From: Bacteroidia bacterium
GTDB lineage: Bacteria > Bacteroidota > Bacteroidia > SpSt-205
DNA length: 64,000 nt
NCBI GenBank assembly: GCA_025057135.1
Contig: JANWXY010000067.1
Location: forward strand, 12,867-76,866
Direction of reading: 5' to 3'
Below the pieces are notes generated by a model. It worked only from the letters and a program-made list of their open reading frames with translations. It did not search any database and was not told where the DNA came from. Shown one piece after another: positions 47,911-56,269 of the stretch. Made by a program: the position numbers and the translations under genes. Position 1 is the first letter of the stretch; each line of letters starts with the position of its first letter.

Positions 47911-48345
47911 ATGAGCCCAAGTGCTCCGAAAGTGTATGTAAGTCGTAAGTTTCACTTTTCGGCTTCACACCGAGTATATAATCCCTCGTGGTCAGACGAA
48001 AAAAACGCAGAGGTTTTTGGCCCGTGTAGCAATCCTACTGGGCACGGACATAACTATGAACTGGAAGTCATAGTCGCCGGTACACCTCACCCAGAGACGG
48101 GATATGTGATAGACATCGCCTACTTACGCCGACTGATAGAAGAGCGCATCATAAGCCAGTTAGACCACCGTCACCTCAATACCGATGTGGCTTTTTTAGC
48201 AGGGCGTATCCCTTCGTCTGAAAACTTGATTGTCGCTATATGGGAGCAGATACAACCGCTCTTGCCAGAAGGCGTCACTCTGGTAGAACTGCGTCTCTGG
48301 GAAACTCCGAGAAATTGTTTCATATACCATGGACAGAAAGCCTGA
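47911..48345 (+). CDS. queD: 6-carboxy-5,6,7,8-tetrahydropterin synthase / 6-pyruvoyl-tetrahydropterin synthase family
   Basis: RKFHFSASHRVYNPSWSDEKNAEVFGPCSNPTGHGHNYELEV carries the Cys...HGH zinc/catalytic motif of QueD/PTPS. The ATG at 47911 (MSPSAPKVYV...) overlaps the upstream stop (ATGA). The track's earlier ATG at 47821 lies inside the upstream gene. Confidence 0.8.
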   Translation: MSPSAPKVYVSRKFHFSASHRVYNPSWSDEKNAEVFGPCSNPTGHGHNYELEVIVAGTPHPETGYVIDIAYLRRLIEERIISQLDHRHLNTDVAFLAGRIPSSENLIVAIWEQIQPLLPEGVTLVELRLWETPRNCFIYHGQKA

Positions 48346-48982
48346 ATACGCAAACGGACATGATACACCGCATAGCTGCGGTAGTTGCCTCTCAACAGAG
48401 ATAGAAGCTACGCTCTCCCAAGACGAACGAGAAGCTCAAATAGCTTATCACTTTGCTGAAATAATGCGAATCTTAGGACTGGACCTGAGCGACCCCAGTT
48501 TGCGGGAGACCCCTAAGCGGGTGTCAAAAATGTACCTTCGCGAGCTATTCATCGGACTTAACCCGGCGTATGTCCCTAACGTGCGCCTTTTCCCCAATAC
48601 ATATAGTTACAATCGCATGGTGGTGGAAAAAGACATTCGCGTACGCTCAGTCTGCGAGCATCATTTTGTGCCGATCATTGGTGTGGCGCATGTTGCTTAC
48701 ATCCCGCGAGACTATGTAGTGGGCTTATCTAAGCTGAACCGAATCGTAGATTACTTCGCTCGTCGCCCGCAGGTACAGGAACGGATGACTCAGCAAATAG
48801 CTGACTTCTTGGAGACTAACTTAGACACACCTGATGTAGCCGTCATTATAGATGCAAAGCACTATTGCGTCTCCATGCGTGGTATTCAAGATGAAGCCAG
48901 CCGCACCTTGACTTACGCACTCAGAGGTAAGTTTGAGGAAGAGGACACTAAGGATACTTTTCTAAGGCTGGTAGGGCTATAA
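48329..48982 (+). CDS. folE: GTP cyclohydrolase I
   Basis: CEHHFVPIIGVAHVAYIP and the rest of the FolE core are present. 217 aa. It overlaps the queD 3' end. Confidence 0.9.
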   Translation: MDRKPEYANGHDTPHSCGSCLSTEIEATLSQDEREAQIAYHFAEIMRILGLDLSDPSLRETPKRVSKMYLRELFIGLNPAYVPNVRLFPNTYSYNRMVVEKDIRVRSVCEHHFVPIIGVAHVAYIPRDYVVGLSKLNRIVDYFARRPQVQERMTQQIADFLETNLDTPDVAVIIDAKHYCVSMRGIQDEASRTLTYALRGKFEEEDTKDTFLRLVGL

Positions 48983-49104
48983 CTAAACTCCCCACAAAAG
49001 CTGATAAGGCGGCCTTGAGAACGAGGAGGGGCATCTCTATGGGTCTGGTCAGCCCAAATCGCCCATCCACAAACAATCCCGAGTTTTGTCCTAAATAAAT
49101 AACG

Positions 49105-49713
49105 ATGCCCGCCTATACTTACGAAGAACTCCTGCAAGCTCAGCGTACATGGCGAATCAACTTCATCAACTGCCTGATAGGAGCGAAAAACCTCCACCTT
49201 TTGGTCACTCGCAATACCAATCAGACCTATAATGCAGCGATACTTAACTCAGGCATTCACATTGGGTCCTCGCCCCCATATGTGGGCTTTCTACTCCGAC
49301 CGACGACAGTACCCCGCCATACTTATGAGAATCTTAGGTTGTATCCTTTCGCCACAATGAATGCCGTATCCTCAGATTTTTATGAACGAGCTCATGCCAC
49401 CCATGGCAAGTTTCCTTACGGCGAAAGTGAGATAGAGCGGTGTGGTCTTTCTCTCCGATGGGAGGAAGGCGAAGATATGCCTTATGTCGCTGAAAGTCCT
49501 TTGCGTGTGAGAGTGCGTTTTGTAGAGGAGCATCTTTTGGCGGTAAATCAGACCCGCCTACTTGTTTTCGCCATAGAAAAAGTACATATTGACAAAGAAC
49601 CTGAGCCAGATGGTTTTTTCCGATTGGACGAGCTCGGACTTGTCGGTGGCTCTGGGTGCGATGCCTACTGGGAGCTAAGGTACTTGGGGCGCCGGCCCCT
49701 CCAGCGCAGATAA
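49105..49713 (+). CDS. Flavin-reductase-like (FMN-binding split-barrel) domain protein
   Basis: LVTRNTNQTYNAAILNSGIHIGSSPPYVGFLLRP resembles the flavin reductase-like domain core (..N.MTASW...S.DPP...). 202 aa. Confidence 0.5.
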   Translation: MPAYTYEELLQAQRTWRINFINCLIGAKNLHLLVTRNTNQTYNAAILNSGIHIGSSPPYVGFLLRPTTVPRHTYENLRLYPFATMNAVSSDFYERAHATHGKFPYGESEIERCGLSLRWEEGEDMPYVAESPLRVRVRFVEEHLLAVNQTRLLVFAIEKVHIDKEPEPDGFFRLDELGLVGGSGCDAYWELRYLGRRPLQRR

Positions 49714-49717
49714 TCTC

Positions 49718-51409
49718 ATGGCGGCTCTAATACGCTTGCTTTTTCCCTTCTATAAGCGATACTGGGGGCTATTCCTCTTAGGCGTTGGTATAGTCGCCGC
49801 TGTAAATGCCCTAGCCCTGCTACCCGGATGGGCGACGGGAAAGATTATAGATTTACTCCTGCATACCTCTGCCTACCCATCACTTTCTGCTATCCTTTTA
49901 TCAATCGGAGGGTATTTAGCTGGTCTATGGGGGCTCTCATTAGCTCGTGCCCTCCTGACAGTGGCGATGCGTCTCACCCTTGTCGTTGTGAGTCGCCGCG
50001 TAGAACGTGACCATCGCGCTTTGCTGACCGAGAAGCTTCTAAGCTGGGACCTCCACACCCTGCACACTTACCCTGTCGGTGAGCTCATGACCTACTTCAC
50101 AGAAGACCTTAATCGCCTTCGAAACTTCACAGGTCCTGTAATCTTGTACGGTCTGCAGGTTCTTTTTCTGACGCTATTCACCGCAGGGTTTATGATAGCT
50201 ACGCATCCGAAGTTAGCTTTTCTCAGCATAGCTCCTCTGATACTGCTTTTGCCTCTGAGTTATTTCCTTCGGCAGAAAGCTCTGCGCTTAGGGCATAAAC
50301 AGCAAGCAGCATTCGCCCGGCTCAGTGCCTTCCTCCAACAGATATACCCTTACCTACGTCCTTTACGAGCGATTTCTAAGCCCCTTGCCCTTACCAGAGA
50401 GTGGGAGAGGCGCATAAATCACCATACAGAGACTAGCCTCGCTGTAGCCAGTGTAGAGGGGTATATCCAGCCTCTGACGACCCTTTTTGTGAGCTTGAGC
50501 TTGACTGCGGTAATGATCTACGGTGGCTTAGCGGTCATAAGGGGGGAGCTAACCTTAGGCACAGTTAGCGCTTTTAGCATGTACTTATTGCAGCTTATGT
50601 TTCCCTTGGGGGCTTTGGGTTGGCTAATTAGCCTGATTCAGCAAGCTCGCGCCAGTGCCGAACGGCTCCTTACCCTGCAAAGCATACAACCCCGTTTGCA
50701 TTTTCCCCAGGTCTCCAGAGCCAAGCCTGCAGATGCAGGATGGAGATGGGAAAACCTTGGTTATGCGCATGAACAGAGCTTTTGGCTCTTCAGACAGCTA
50801 CACGGCACTATCCCTTCCGGGAAAAAGGTGGCCCTTTCAATGCCGATGGGCACAGGAAAAACCACCTTGGCTCGTCTCTTAGCTAGGCACATAGACCCCC
50901 ATGAAGGACAGATATACTTCGGAAGCGTCCCCTTAGTAGCGCTGACTCGGACCGAGCTACGACAAAATATCGTCTATATCCCCCAGCAGCCTCTGCTGCT
51001 GAGTGGTAGCCTCGTAGAAAATCTCAGATTAGTCAAACCCGATGCTACCTTCCGGGAGTTGTGGCAGGTATTAGAGTGGTCAGGACTTGCCGAAGAGATA
51101 AGTGCCCTGCCAAAAGGTCTTTGGACTGATATAGGCATTTGGGGACAGCAGGTATCCGGCGGCCAGAGACAGCGATTAGCCTTAGCCATGGGGCTTCTAC
51201 GCCGCCCCCAAGCCCTGATCCTGGATGAGACCTTCGCTCCTCTGGATTCTGAAAAGATAAACGAAATCCTCATAAATCTACGGCGCCACTATGACCATGC
51301 AACATGGCTAATCATAACGCACCGGCAAGAAGTGCGCTCGTTTGTGGATGACTGGCTTGTAAGCTTTCAAGAGTTTTCGCCCAAAGGCAACGAAATAGGA
51401 GCCCGATGA
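49718..51409 (+). CDS. ABC transporter, fused permease/ATP-binding protein (MsbA/exporter type)
   Basis: It has an N-terminal 6-TM domain. The C-terminal NBD carries the P-loop MPMGTGKTTL, the signature LSGGQRQRLALAMGL, and Walker B ALILDE. Confidence 0.8.
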   Translation: MAALIRLLFPFYKRYWGLFLLGVGIVAAVNALALLPGWATGKIIDLLLHTSAYPSLSAILLSIGGYLAGLWGLSLARALLTVAMRLTLVVVSRRVERDHRALLTEKLLSWDLHTLHTYPVGELMTYFTEDLNRLRNFTGPVILYGLQVLFLTLFTAGFMIATHPKLAFLSIAPLILLLPLSYFLRQKALRLGHKQQAAFARLSAFLQQIYPYLRPLRAISKPLALTREWERRINHHTETSLAVASVEGYIQPLTTLFVSLSLTAVMIYGGLAVIRGELTLGTVSAFSMYLLQLMFPLGALGWLISLIQQARASAERLLTLQSIQPRLHFPQVSRAKPADAGWRWENLGYAHEQSFWLFRQLHGTIPSGKKVALSMPMGTGKTTLARLLARHIDPHEGQIYFGSVPLVALTRTELRQNIVYIPQQPLLLSGSLVENLRLVKPDATFRELWQVLEWSGLAEEISALPKGLWTDIGIWGQQVSGGQRQRLALAMGLLRRPQALILDETFAPLDSEKINEILINLRRHYDHATWLIITHRQEVRSFVDDWLVSFQEFSPKGNEIGAR

Positions 51410-52722
51410 AGCTCCAATCGTCCCTCAGGGAGAATATGAAGTACTACCAGACCCTGTTGGGAGAGTTCGTCCGAGAGACGGTAGCGGTGACAGCGATGGG
51501 GTTCGCCTTCGGCACACAAAAGGGCGATATGCTGATATCCAGACAGCACGCGTGCTAATGTGAAGTTCAGGCGTTTAGGGTTAGGCTGCCACTCATAGGC
51601 AATACCTGCTTCATGAAGGGCTTTCTGCATGAGCGCCTGAGAGAAATGGGGCGAGTATTTAGAGTAAGGCTGTTTGCGAATATCTACAAGCACCTCTACC
51701 TCGTACCGCCTAAGCAGAGCCAGAAAATCCGCCCAAGAATGATTGCTATGACCGATAGTGAAAATAGCCCGCACACTGGCACGGCGCAATCGGTCATGTA
51801 GCGCTTCTCTTAGACCTTCTAAGGAGGACACACGCTGCACCAAGATATATTCTGTAGGCTCCAAGTCTGCTTGATGGAGGGCAGCATATAGCCGATGGGC
51901 GGCCTCCTGAGGCGACCCTGTCGGAGAAAGAATATGTAGGTAGGGATGAGAAAGCGACTCCTCGGTAGTGTGAAGGATAATAGAAGCTTTCGGCTCGAGC
52001 GGTGGCATGCGCCAGCCATAAAGAAGAGGTTTACGCGGAGAATAGTGCCTCAAGAACTGTCCTGGTGCATGAATAGCCGTGGGCGAAGAGGCATTTGATT
52101 TGGGAAGGAGTTTATGTCCCAGTGCCTCCTCAAGGGCCTCGCTGGGAATAGCACCAGGGCGATACAAAATGAACCGTCCATTCTCCTCGCCGATAATTGT
52201 TGATTCTATACCTACTGAACAAGGGCCTCCATCTAAGACGAGCGGGATATGCCCCTGAAAATACGCAAGCACATGAGCTGCCGTGGTCGGACTGGTATGA
52301 CCAAAGGGATTAGCACTAGGGGCGGCCAGAGGAAAAGGCACAGCTTGAAGAAGCGCTCTCATAAGAGGATGCGCTGGAGCCCGTAATGCCACTCGTGGCA
52401 AACCCGCCGTAACGATATCCGGAATGATTTTACTTTTCGGAAGGAGAATAGTCAAAGGGCCAGGCCAGAAAAGACGCATAAGCCTTTCAGCCCAAAGAGG
52501 AGGAGCTATGCCAAGTGATTCAAGGGCATCTATGCCAGATATATGCACGATAAGAGGATCGGCTTTCGGGCGATTCTTGAGTAGGAAAATTTTCTCAACA
52601 GCAACCGGATCAAGGGCATTAGCTGCGAGACCATAGACTGTCTCAGTAGGTATAGCGACCACTGCTCCCTGAGCAAGGAGCTCCGCAGCTTTCTCTACTG
52701 TCTGGGTTAGAACGGTTTCCAT
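51367..52722 (-). CDS. L-threonylcarbamoyladenylate synthase (Sua5/TsaC, YrdC + Sua5 domains) with extra C-terminal DUF488-like domain
   Basis: The N-terminal YrdC-like fold is GAVVAIPTETVYGLAANALDPVAVEKIFLLKNRP, followed by a Sua5 C-domain. The last roughly 120 aa (AIFTIGHSNHSW...LLCAEGEPHRCHRYRL) resemble the TIGHS...CAE..CHR pattern of DUF488-type proteins. 451 aa against a typical length of about 320. Confidence 0.7.
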   Translation of the reverse strand: METVLTQTVEKAAELLAQGAVVAIPTETVYGLAANALDPVAVEKIFLLKNRPKADPLIVHISGIDALESLGIAPPLWAERLMRLFWPGPLTILLPKSKIIPDIVTAGLPRVALRAPAHPLMRALLQAVPFPLAAPSANPFGHTSPTTAAHVLAYFQGHIPLVLDGGPCSVGIESTIIGEENGRFILYRPGAIPSEALEEALGHKLLPKSNASSPTAIHAPGQFLRHYSPRKPLLYGWRMPPLEPKASIILHTTEESLSHPYLHILSPTGSPQEAAHRLYAALHQADLEPTEYILVQRVSSLEGLREALHDRLRRASVRAIFTIGHSNHSWADFLALLRRYEVEVLVDIRKQPYSKYSPHFSQALMQKALHEAGIAYEWQPNPKRLNFTLARVLSGYQHIALLCAEGEPHRCHRYRLSDELSQQGLVVLHILPEGRLELHRAPISLPLGENS

Positions 52723-53195
52723 ACAAAGGGAAATGGCAAAAGGGTTTCAGCTTTGATGAAACGAAAAACGAGGTTAGAGTTTCCTGCAAAAAAGAACTGC
52801 CAAGGAGCCCTACTTCGCTGTTCATATTCATATATGACTTGACGGCAAGCTCCACATGGCATAATCGGCTGCGTAGAACGGGGAGCACAAACGGCTAAGG
52901 CTTCTACCTCAGGAATGAGCGATTGCCCGCCCAAATAAAACAGTAGCACCCGCTCCGCACAAAGCCCACTGGGATAAGCCGCATTCTCTTGATTATTTCC
53001 TGTCAGTATGCGCCCATCCCTTAGACGCGCAGCTGCGCCCACAGGGAAGCCTGAGTATGGGGCATAAGCTGTCTCAGCAGCTGCTTTCGCAGAAAGAATC
53101 AAGCTTCTCTCGGCTTCTCCGAGCTCTTCAAGCCAAAACTCCTCATATTCAAGTATGCGCTGCCTACGCATAACTACCTCCAATCTACCCCTCAA
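52707..53195 (-). CDS. cdd: Cytidine/deoxycytidylate deaminase family (Cdd-like)
   Basis: It has the zinc-binding CAERVLL (H/CAE) and PCGACRQ motifs. There is an N-terminal extension of about 25 aa, so an internal start is possible. Confidence 0.7.
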   Translation of the reverse strand: MRGRLEVVMRRQRILEYEEFWLEELGEAERSLILSAKAAAETAYAPYSGFPVGAAARLRDGRILTGNNQENAAYPSGLCAERVLLFYLGGQSLIPEVEALAVCAPRSTQPIMPCGACRQVIYEYEQRSRAPWQFFFAGNSNLVFRFIKAETLLPFPFVWKPF

Positions 53196-53204
53196 ATTTA
53201 GCTT

Positions 53205-53918
53205 TTATTCACTCAATAGCTTGAGAGCAGCGCGGGCAGCAGCCTGCTCGGCTTCTTTTTTACGCAGTCCTGTACCTGTACTGATTTCCTTGCCATTCAA
53301 TCGTAAGCGCACAAGGAAAATTTCACCCCGAGAGGTTCGGCGCCGTTCATGAACTACAAACTCTACCTGCCCCAGCTGCCGCTGCTGAACAAGTTCTAAG
53401 AATTTGCCCTTGTAGTTGAATTCCGTCGCCTCTAAGCGTCCCCAGTTGATAAATGGGAAAATCCGCCTGCGGATAAACTGATGCGCGGCTGAATAGCCTA
53501 AATCCATATACACTGCCCCGATGAGCGCCTCCATCATATCTGCTAAATAATCCTGACGTTTCGGCAAGAGGGAGGCATCTGTACGAATGAGCTCAGACAG
53601 CATAAGCCGTTGGGCAATCTCCACGAGAGAATCGGTATTTACCACTTTGGCGCGCAGTTCGGTCATTTCTCCCTCATCAAAGTGCGGATAGTGCCGGAAT
53701 ATATAGTCTGTGACTACGAGTTGCAGTACAGCATCTCCCAAAAATTCAAGCCGCTCGTAGGAATACAGTAGGTAAGCTTCACGCGACTGCGGCGGAGCAG
53801 GGAAGGTAAAAGCCGCTCTATACCATGTCAAATCGCGTGGCCACCTTCCTATCAGAACACGATACCGAGCATATTCTCGGCGATTCGGTCCCAGAAGCCG
53901 TCTCCACCACAACTTCAT
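53205..53918 (-). CDS. rnc: Ribonuclease III
   Basis: The RNase III signature is ERLEFLGDAVLQLVVTDYIF. The C-terminal dsRBD is GTGLRKKEAEQAAARAALKLL. Confidence 0.9.
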   Translation of the reverse strand: MKLWWRRLLGPNRREYARYRVLIGRWPRDLTWYRAAFTFPAPPQSREAYLLYSYERLEFLGDAVLQLVVTDYIFRHYPHFDEGEMTELRAKVVNTDSLVEIAQRLMLSELIRTDASLLPKRQDYLADMMEALIGAVYMDLGYSAAHQFIRRRIFPFINWGRLEATEFNYKGKFLELVQQRQLGQVEFVVHERRRTSRGEIFLVRLRLNGKEISTGTGLRKKEAEQAAARAALKLLSE

Positions 53919-55147
53919 TCTTCATAACGCTTGAAAACTATCGATGCATTATGTCCGCCGAAGCCAAAGCTATTACTGATAGCGTAGCGTACACTCCGCT
54001 GCACTGGCTGATGGAAGGTATAGTTCAAATCACACTCAGGATCATCCGTAAAATGATTGATAGTAGGATGAATGGTCTGATGATAGACCGAAAGAACAGT
54101 CGCTACGGCTTCTACGGCACCCGCCGCTCCGAGGAGATGTCCTATCATGGATTTAGTAGAGCTGATATTGAGCTTGTAGGCATGATCTCCGAAGACAGCT
54201 TTTATAGCTTCGGTTTCTGAAATGTCGCCCAGAGGCGTAGAGGTACCATGAACATTTATATAATCCACCTCTTCTGGGGTAATGCGAGCCGAAGCCAGCG
54301 CTCTGCGCATAACAAGGGCTGCTCCTTTTGAGCAGGGGGCTGTAATATGATGAGCATCTCCCGCCAAACCGATACCAGCCACCTCTGCATAGATGCGAGC
54401 CCCCCGTCGCAAAGCGTGCTCCAAAGACTCTAACACTAGCGCAGCGGCACCTTCGCCAAGAACGAATCCATCCCTATCCTTGTCAAATGGGCGACTGGCT
54501 GTTTTAGGGTCATCGTTTCGCTCGGATAAAGCCCGCATCGCATTAAAACCCCCTACCCCTGCTTCATTAATCGCAGCTTCGCTCCCCCCTACCACCATAA
54601 TCTCAGCCAAACCTGCCTGGATGAGTAGGAAGCCGTCGGCTATGGCATTAGAGGAAGAGGCACAAGCAGAGACCGTGGCATAGTTGGGCCCACGATAACC
54701 GTACTTTATGGAGATATGCCCCGCTGCGATATCAATGATCATCTTCGGTATGAAGAAGGGATTGAACCTCGGCGCACTTCCCACGGTATATCCTCGCATC
54801 TCCTCTATGAAGGTATAAAGCCCTCCTATCCCTGAGGAAAAGATCACCCCCACATTATCCTTATCAATAGAGGCTTTATCAAGCCCAGCATCCCGAATAG
54901 CCTCATCAGCCGCCACAATGGCATAATGAGTGAAGGCATCCATCTTTCGGGCTTCTCGACGGTCAATATACTGCGCTACATCGAAGCCCTTCAGCTCACA
55001 GGCAAAGCGAGTACGAAACTTCTCTGCGTCAAACTTTGAAATATAGTCAGCCCCACTCGTGCCTTTGAGAAGATTTTCCCAATACGTAGGCACATCAAGC
55101 CCTATGGGGGTGAGAGCCCCCAAGCCTGTAACTACAACGCGCCGCAT
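53915..55147 (-). CDS. fabF: 3-oxoacyl-ACP synthase II
   Basis: The active-site Cys is in ATVSACASS. The His-His pair is in NVHGTSTP and GHLLGAAG. 410 aa. Confidence 0.9.
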   Translation of the reverse strand: MRRVVVTGLGALTPIGLDVPTYWENLLKGTSGADYISKFDAEKFRTRFACELKGFDVAQYIDRREARKMDAFTHYAIVAADEAIRDAGLDKASIDKDNVGVIFSSGIGGLYTFIEEMRGYTVGSAPRFNPFFIPKMIIDIAAGHISIKYGYRGPNYATVSACASSSNAIADGFLLIQAGLAEIMVVGGSEAAINEAGVGGFNAMRALSERNDDPKTASRPFDKDRDGFVLGEGAAALVLESLEHALRRGARIYAEVAGIGLAGDAHHITAPCSKGAALVMRRALASARITPEEVDYINVHGTSTPLGDISETEAIKAVFGDHAYKLNISSTKSMIGHLLGAAGAVEAVATVLSVYHQTIHPTINHFTDDPECDLNYTFHQPVQRSVRYAISNSFGFGGHNASIVFKRYEE

Positions 55148-55386
55148 TAGGCGCTGGCATGTTCTTCTATATACTTGATGGCATCTCCCACCGTTTCTAT
55201 TTTTTCTGCAACTTCATCGGGGATAGATATCCCAAACTCCTTCTCAAACTCCATAATCAGTTCTACGGTGTCCAGGGAGTCTGCCCCAAGGTCGTTCGTA
55301 AATGTGGCTTCACGCGTAACTTTTTCAGCTTCTACGCCCAGCTTGCTAACGATGATATTCTTGACGCGTTCCTCAATGTTTGCCAT
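55147..55386 (-). CDS. acpP: Acyl carrier protein
   Basis: The 4'-phosphopantetheine attachment motif is [16 protein letters not shown]. 79 aa. Confidence 0.9.
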   Translation of the reverse strand: MANIEERVKNIIVSKLGVEAEKVTREATFTNDLGADSLDTVELIMEFEKEFGISIPDEVAEKIETVGDAIKYIEEHASA

Positions 55387-55425
55387 ATGTGTATATGTTT
55401 GGACGCAAAGGTACAGAGTTCTGAG

Positions 55426-56241
55426 TTATTGCAAGGGGGTAAGAAAAGCGCGCCCCAAAGCAGAGAAGAGCTCTTTTTCTGAAGAAACATAGGCAAGCCT
55501 AAGCCTGCTTACAGCTGGTACAGGCAAGCTATCTTCCCTGCGATGAATGGCTACTTCGCCTGTTTCCACATCCTTGACTGGAAGGTAGCCCCACGCTGGC
55601 GTGTATGCCTCCTGCAGCGTACGGACACCCACTATTAAGGTAAAGTGTTGATGCGCCATGGCATTAAGAAGTGTCCAGCCTGTTTGATCGTGGAAAAATA
55701 AATCAGAAACTATTATGAGGAGTATCCGCCGTCTATGCACGGAAGCCACCCAGTGGAGCATAGGGGATAAGTAAGAGCGCTCAGCCCTGGAAGTTTGATT
55801 CCACAGACGGGAGAGTGCCCCCCAGGTAAATTTTTCCCCTTTTCGGGCGGGAGAAAAATACTCTACCTGCTCCCCAAAACTTAGCCACTGCACCCGGTCA
55901 CTATTGAGCAGGGCAGAAAGGGCTAGGGATACCGCTACTGTGAGCGTGAGATTTTGCTTTTCTGAGGAGATTCGCATGGAAGGACTGCGGTCTATGGCTA
56001 TCAGACAGGTAAGCTCTCGCTCTTCTTGTCCAAGCCGAAGATATGGCTGATTTTTACGAGCTGTCAGACTCCAGTGGAGACGGCGCCAGTCATCACCAAT
56101 CTCATACGGACGCGCATCAGCAAACTCTATCCCTTCTCCCCGAAAAGCAGATCGATAAGGTCCTACTAATAAACTCTGCACAGGCTTGGCAAGGCGCCAG
56201 CGCAAACGCATAACCTTATCCAGAACCTCCGCAAACTCCAC
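55426..56241 (-). CDS. DUF58-family protein (vWA-like, usually MoxR/BatA-associated)
   Basis: YEIGDDWRRLHWSLTARKNQPYLRLGQEERE matches the DUF58 core. 271 aa. Confidence 0.65.
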   Translation of the reverse strand: MEFAEVLDKVMRLRWRLAKPVQSLLVGPYRSAFRGEGIEFADARPYEIGDDWRRLHWSLTARKNQPYLRLGQEERELTCLIAIDRSPSMRISSEKQNLTLTVAVSLALSALLNSDRVQWLSFGEQVEYFSPARKGEKFTWGALSRLWNQTSRAERSYLSPMLHWVASVHRRRILLIIVSDLFFHDQTGWTLLNAMAHQHFTLIVGVRTLQEAYTPAWGYLPVKDVETGEVAIHRREDSLPVPAVSRLRLAYVSSEKELFSALGRAFLTPLQ

Positions 56242-56269
56242 CCTACAAATATGGATAACTTTGACGGCG

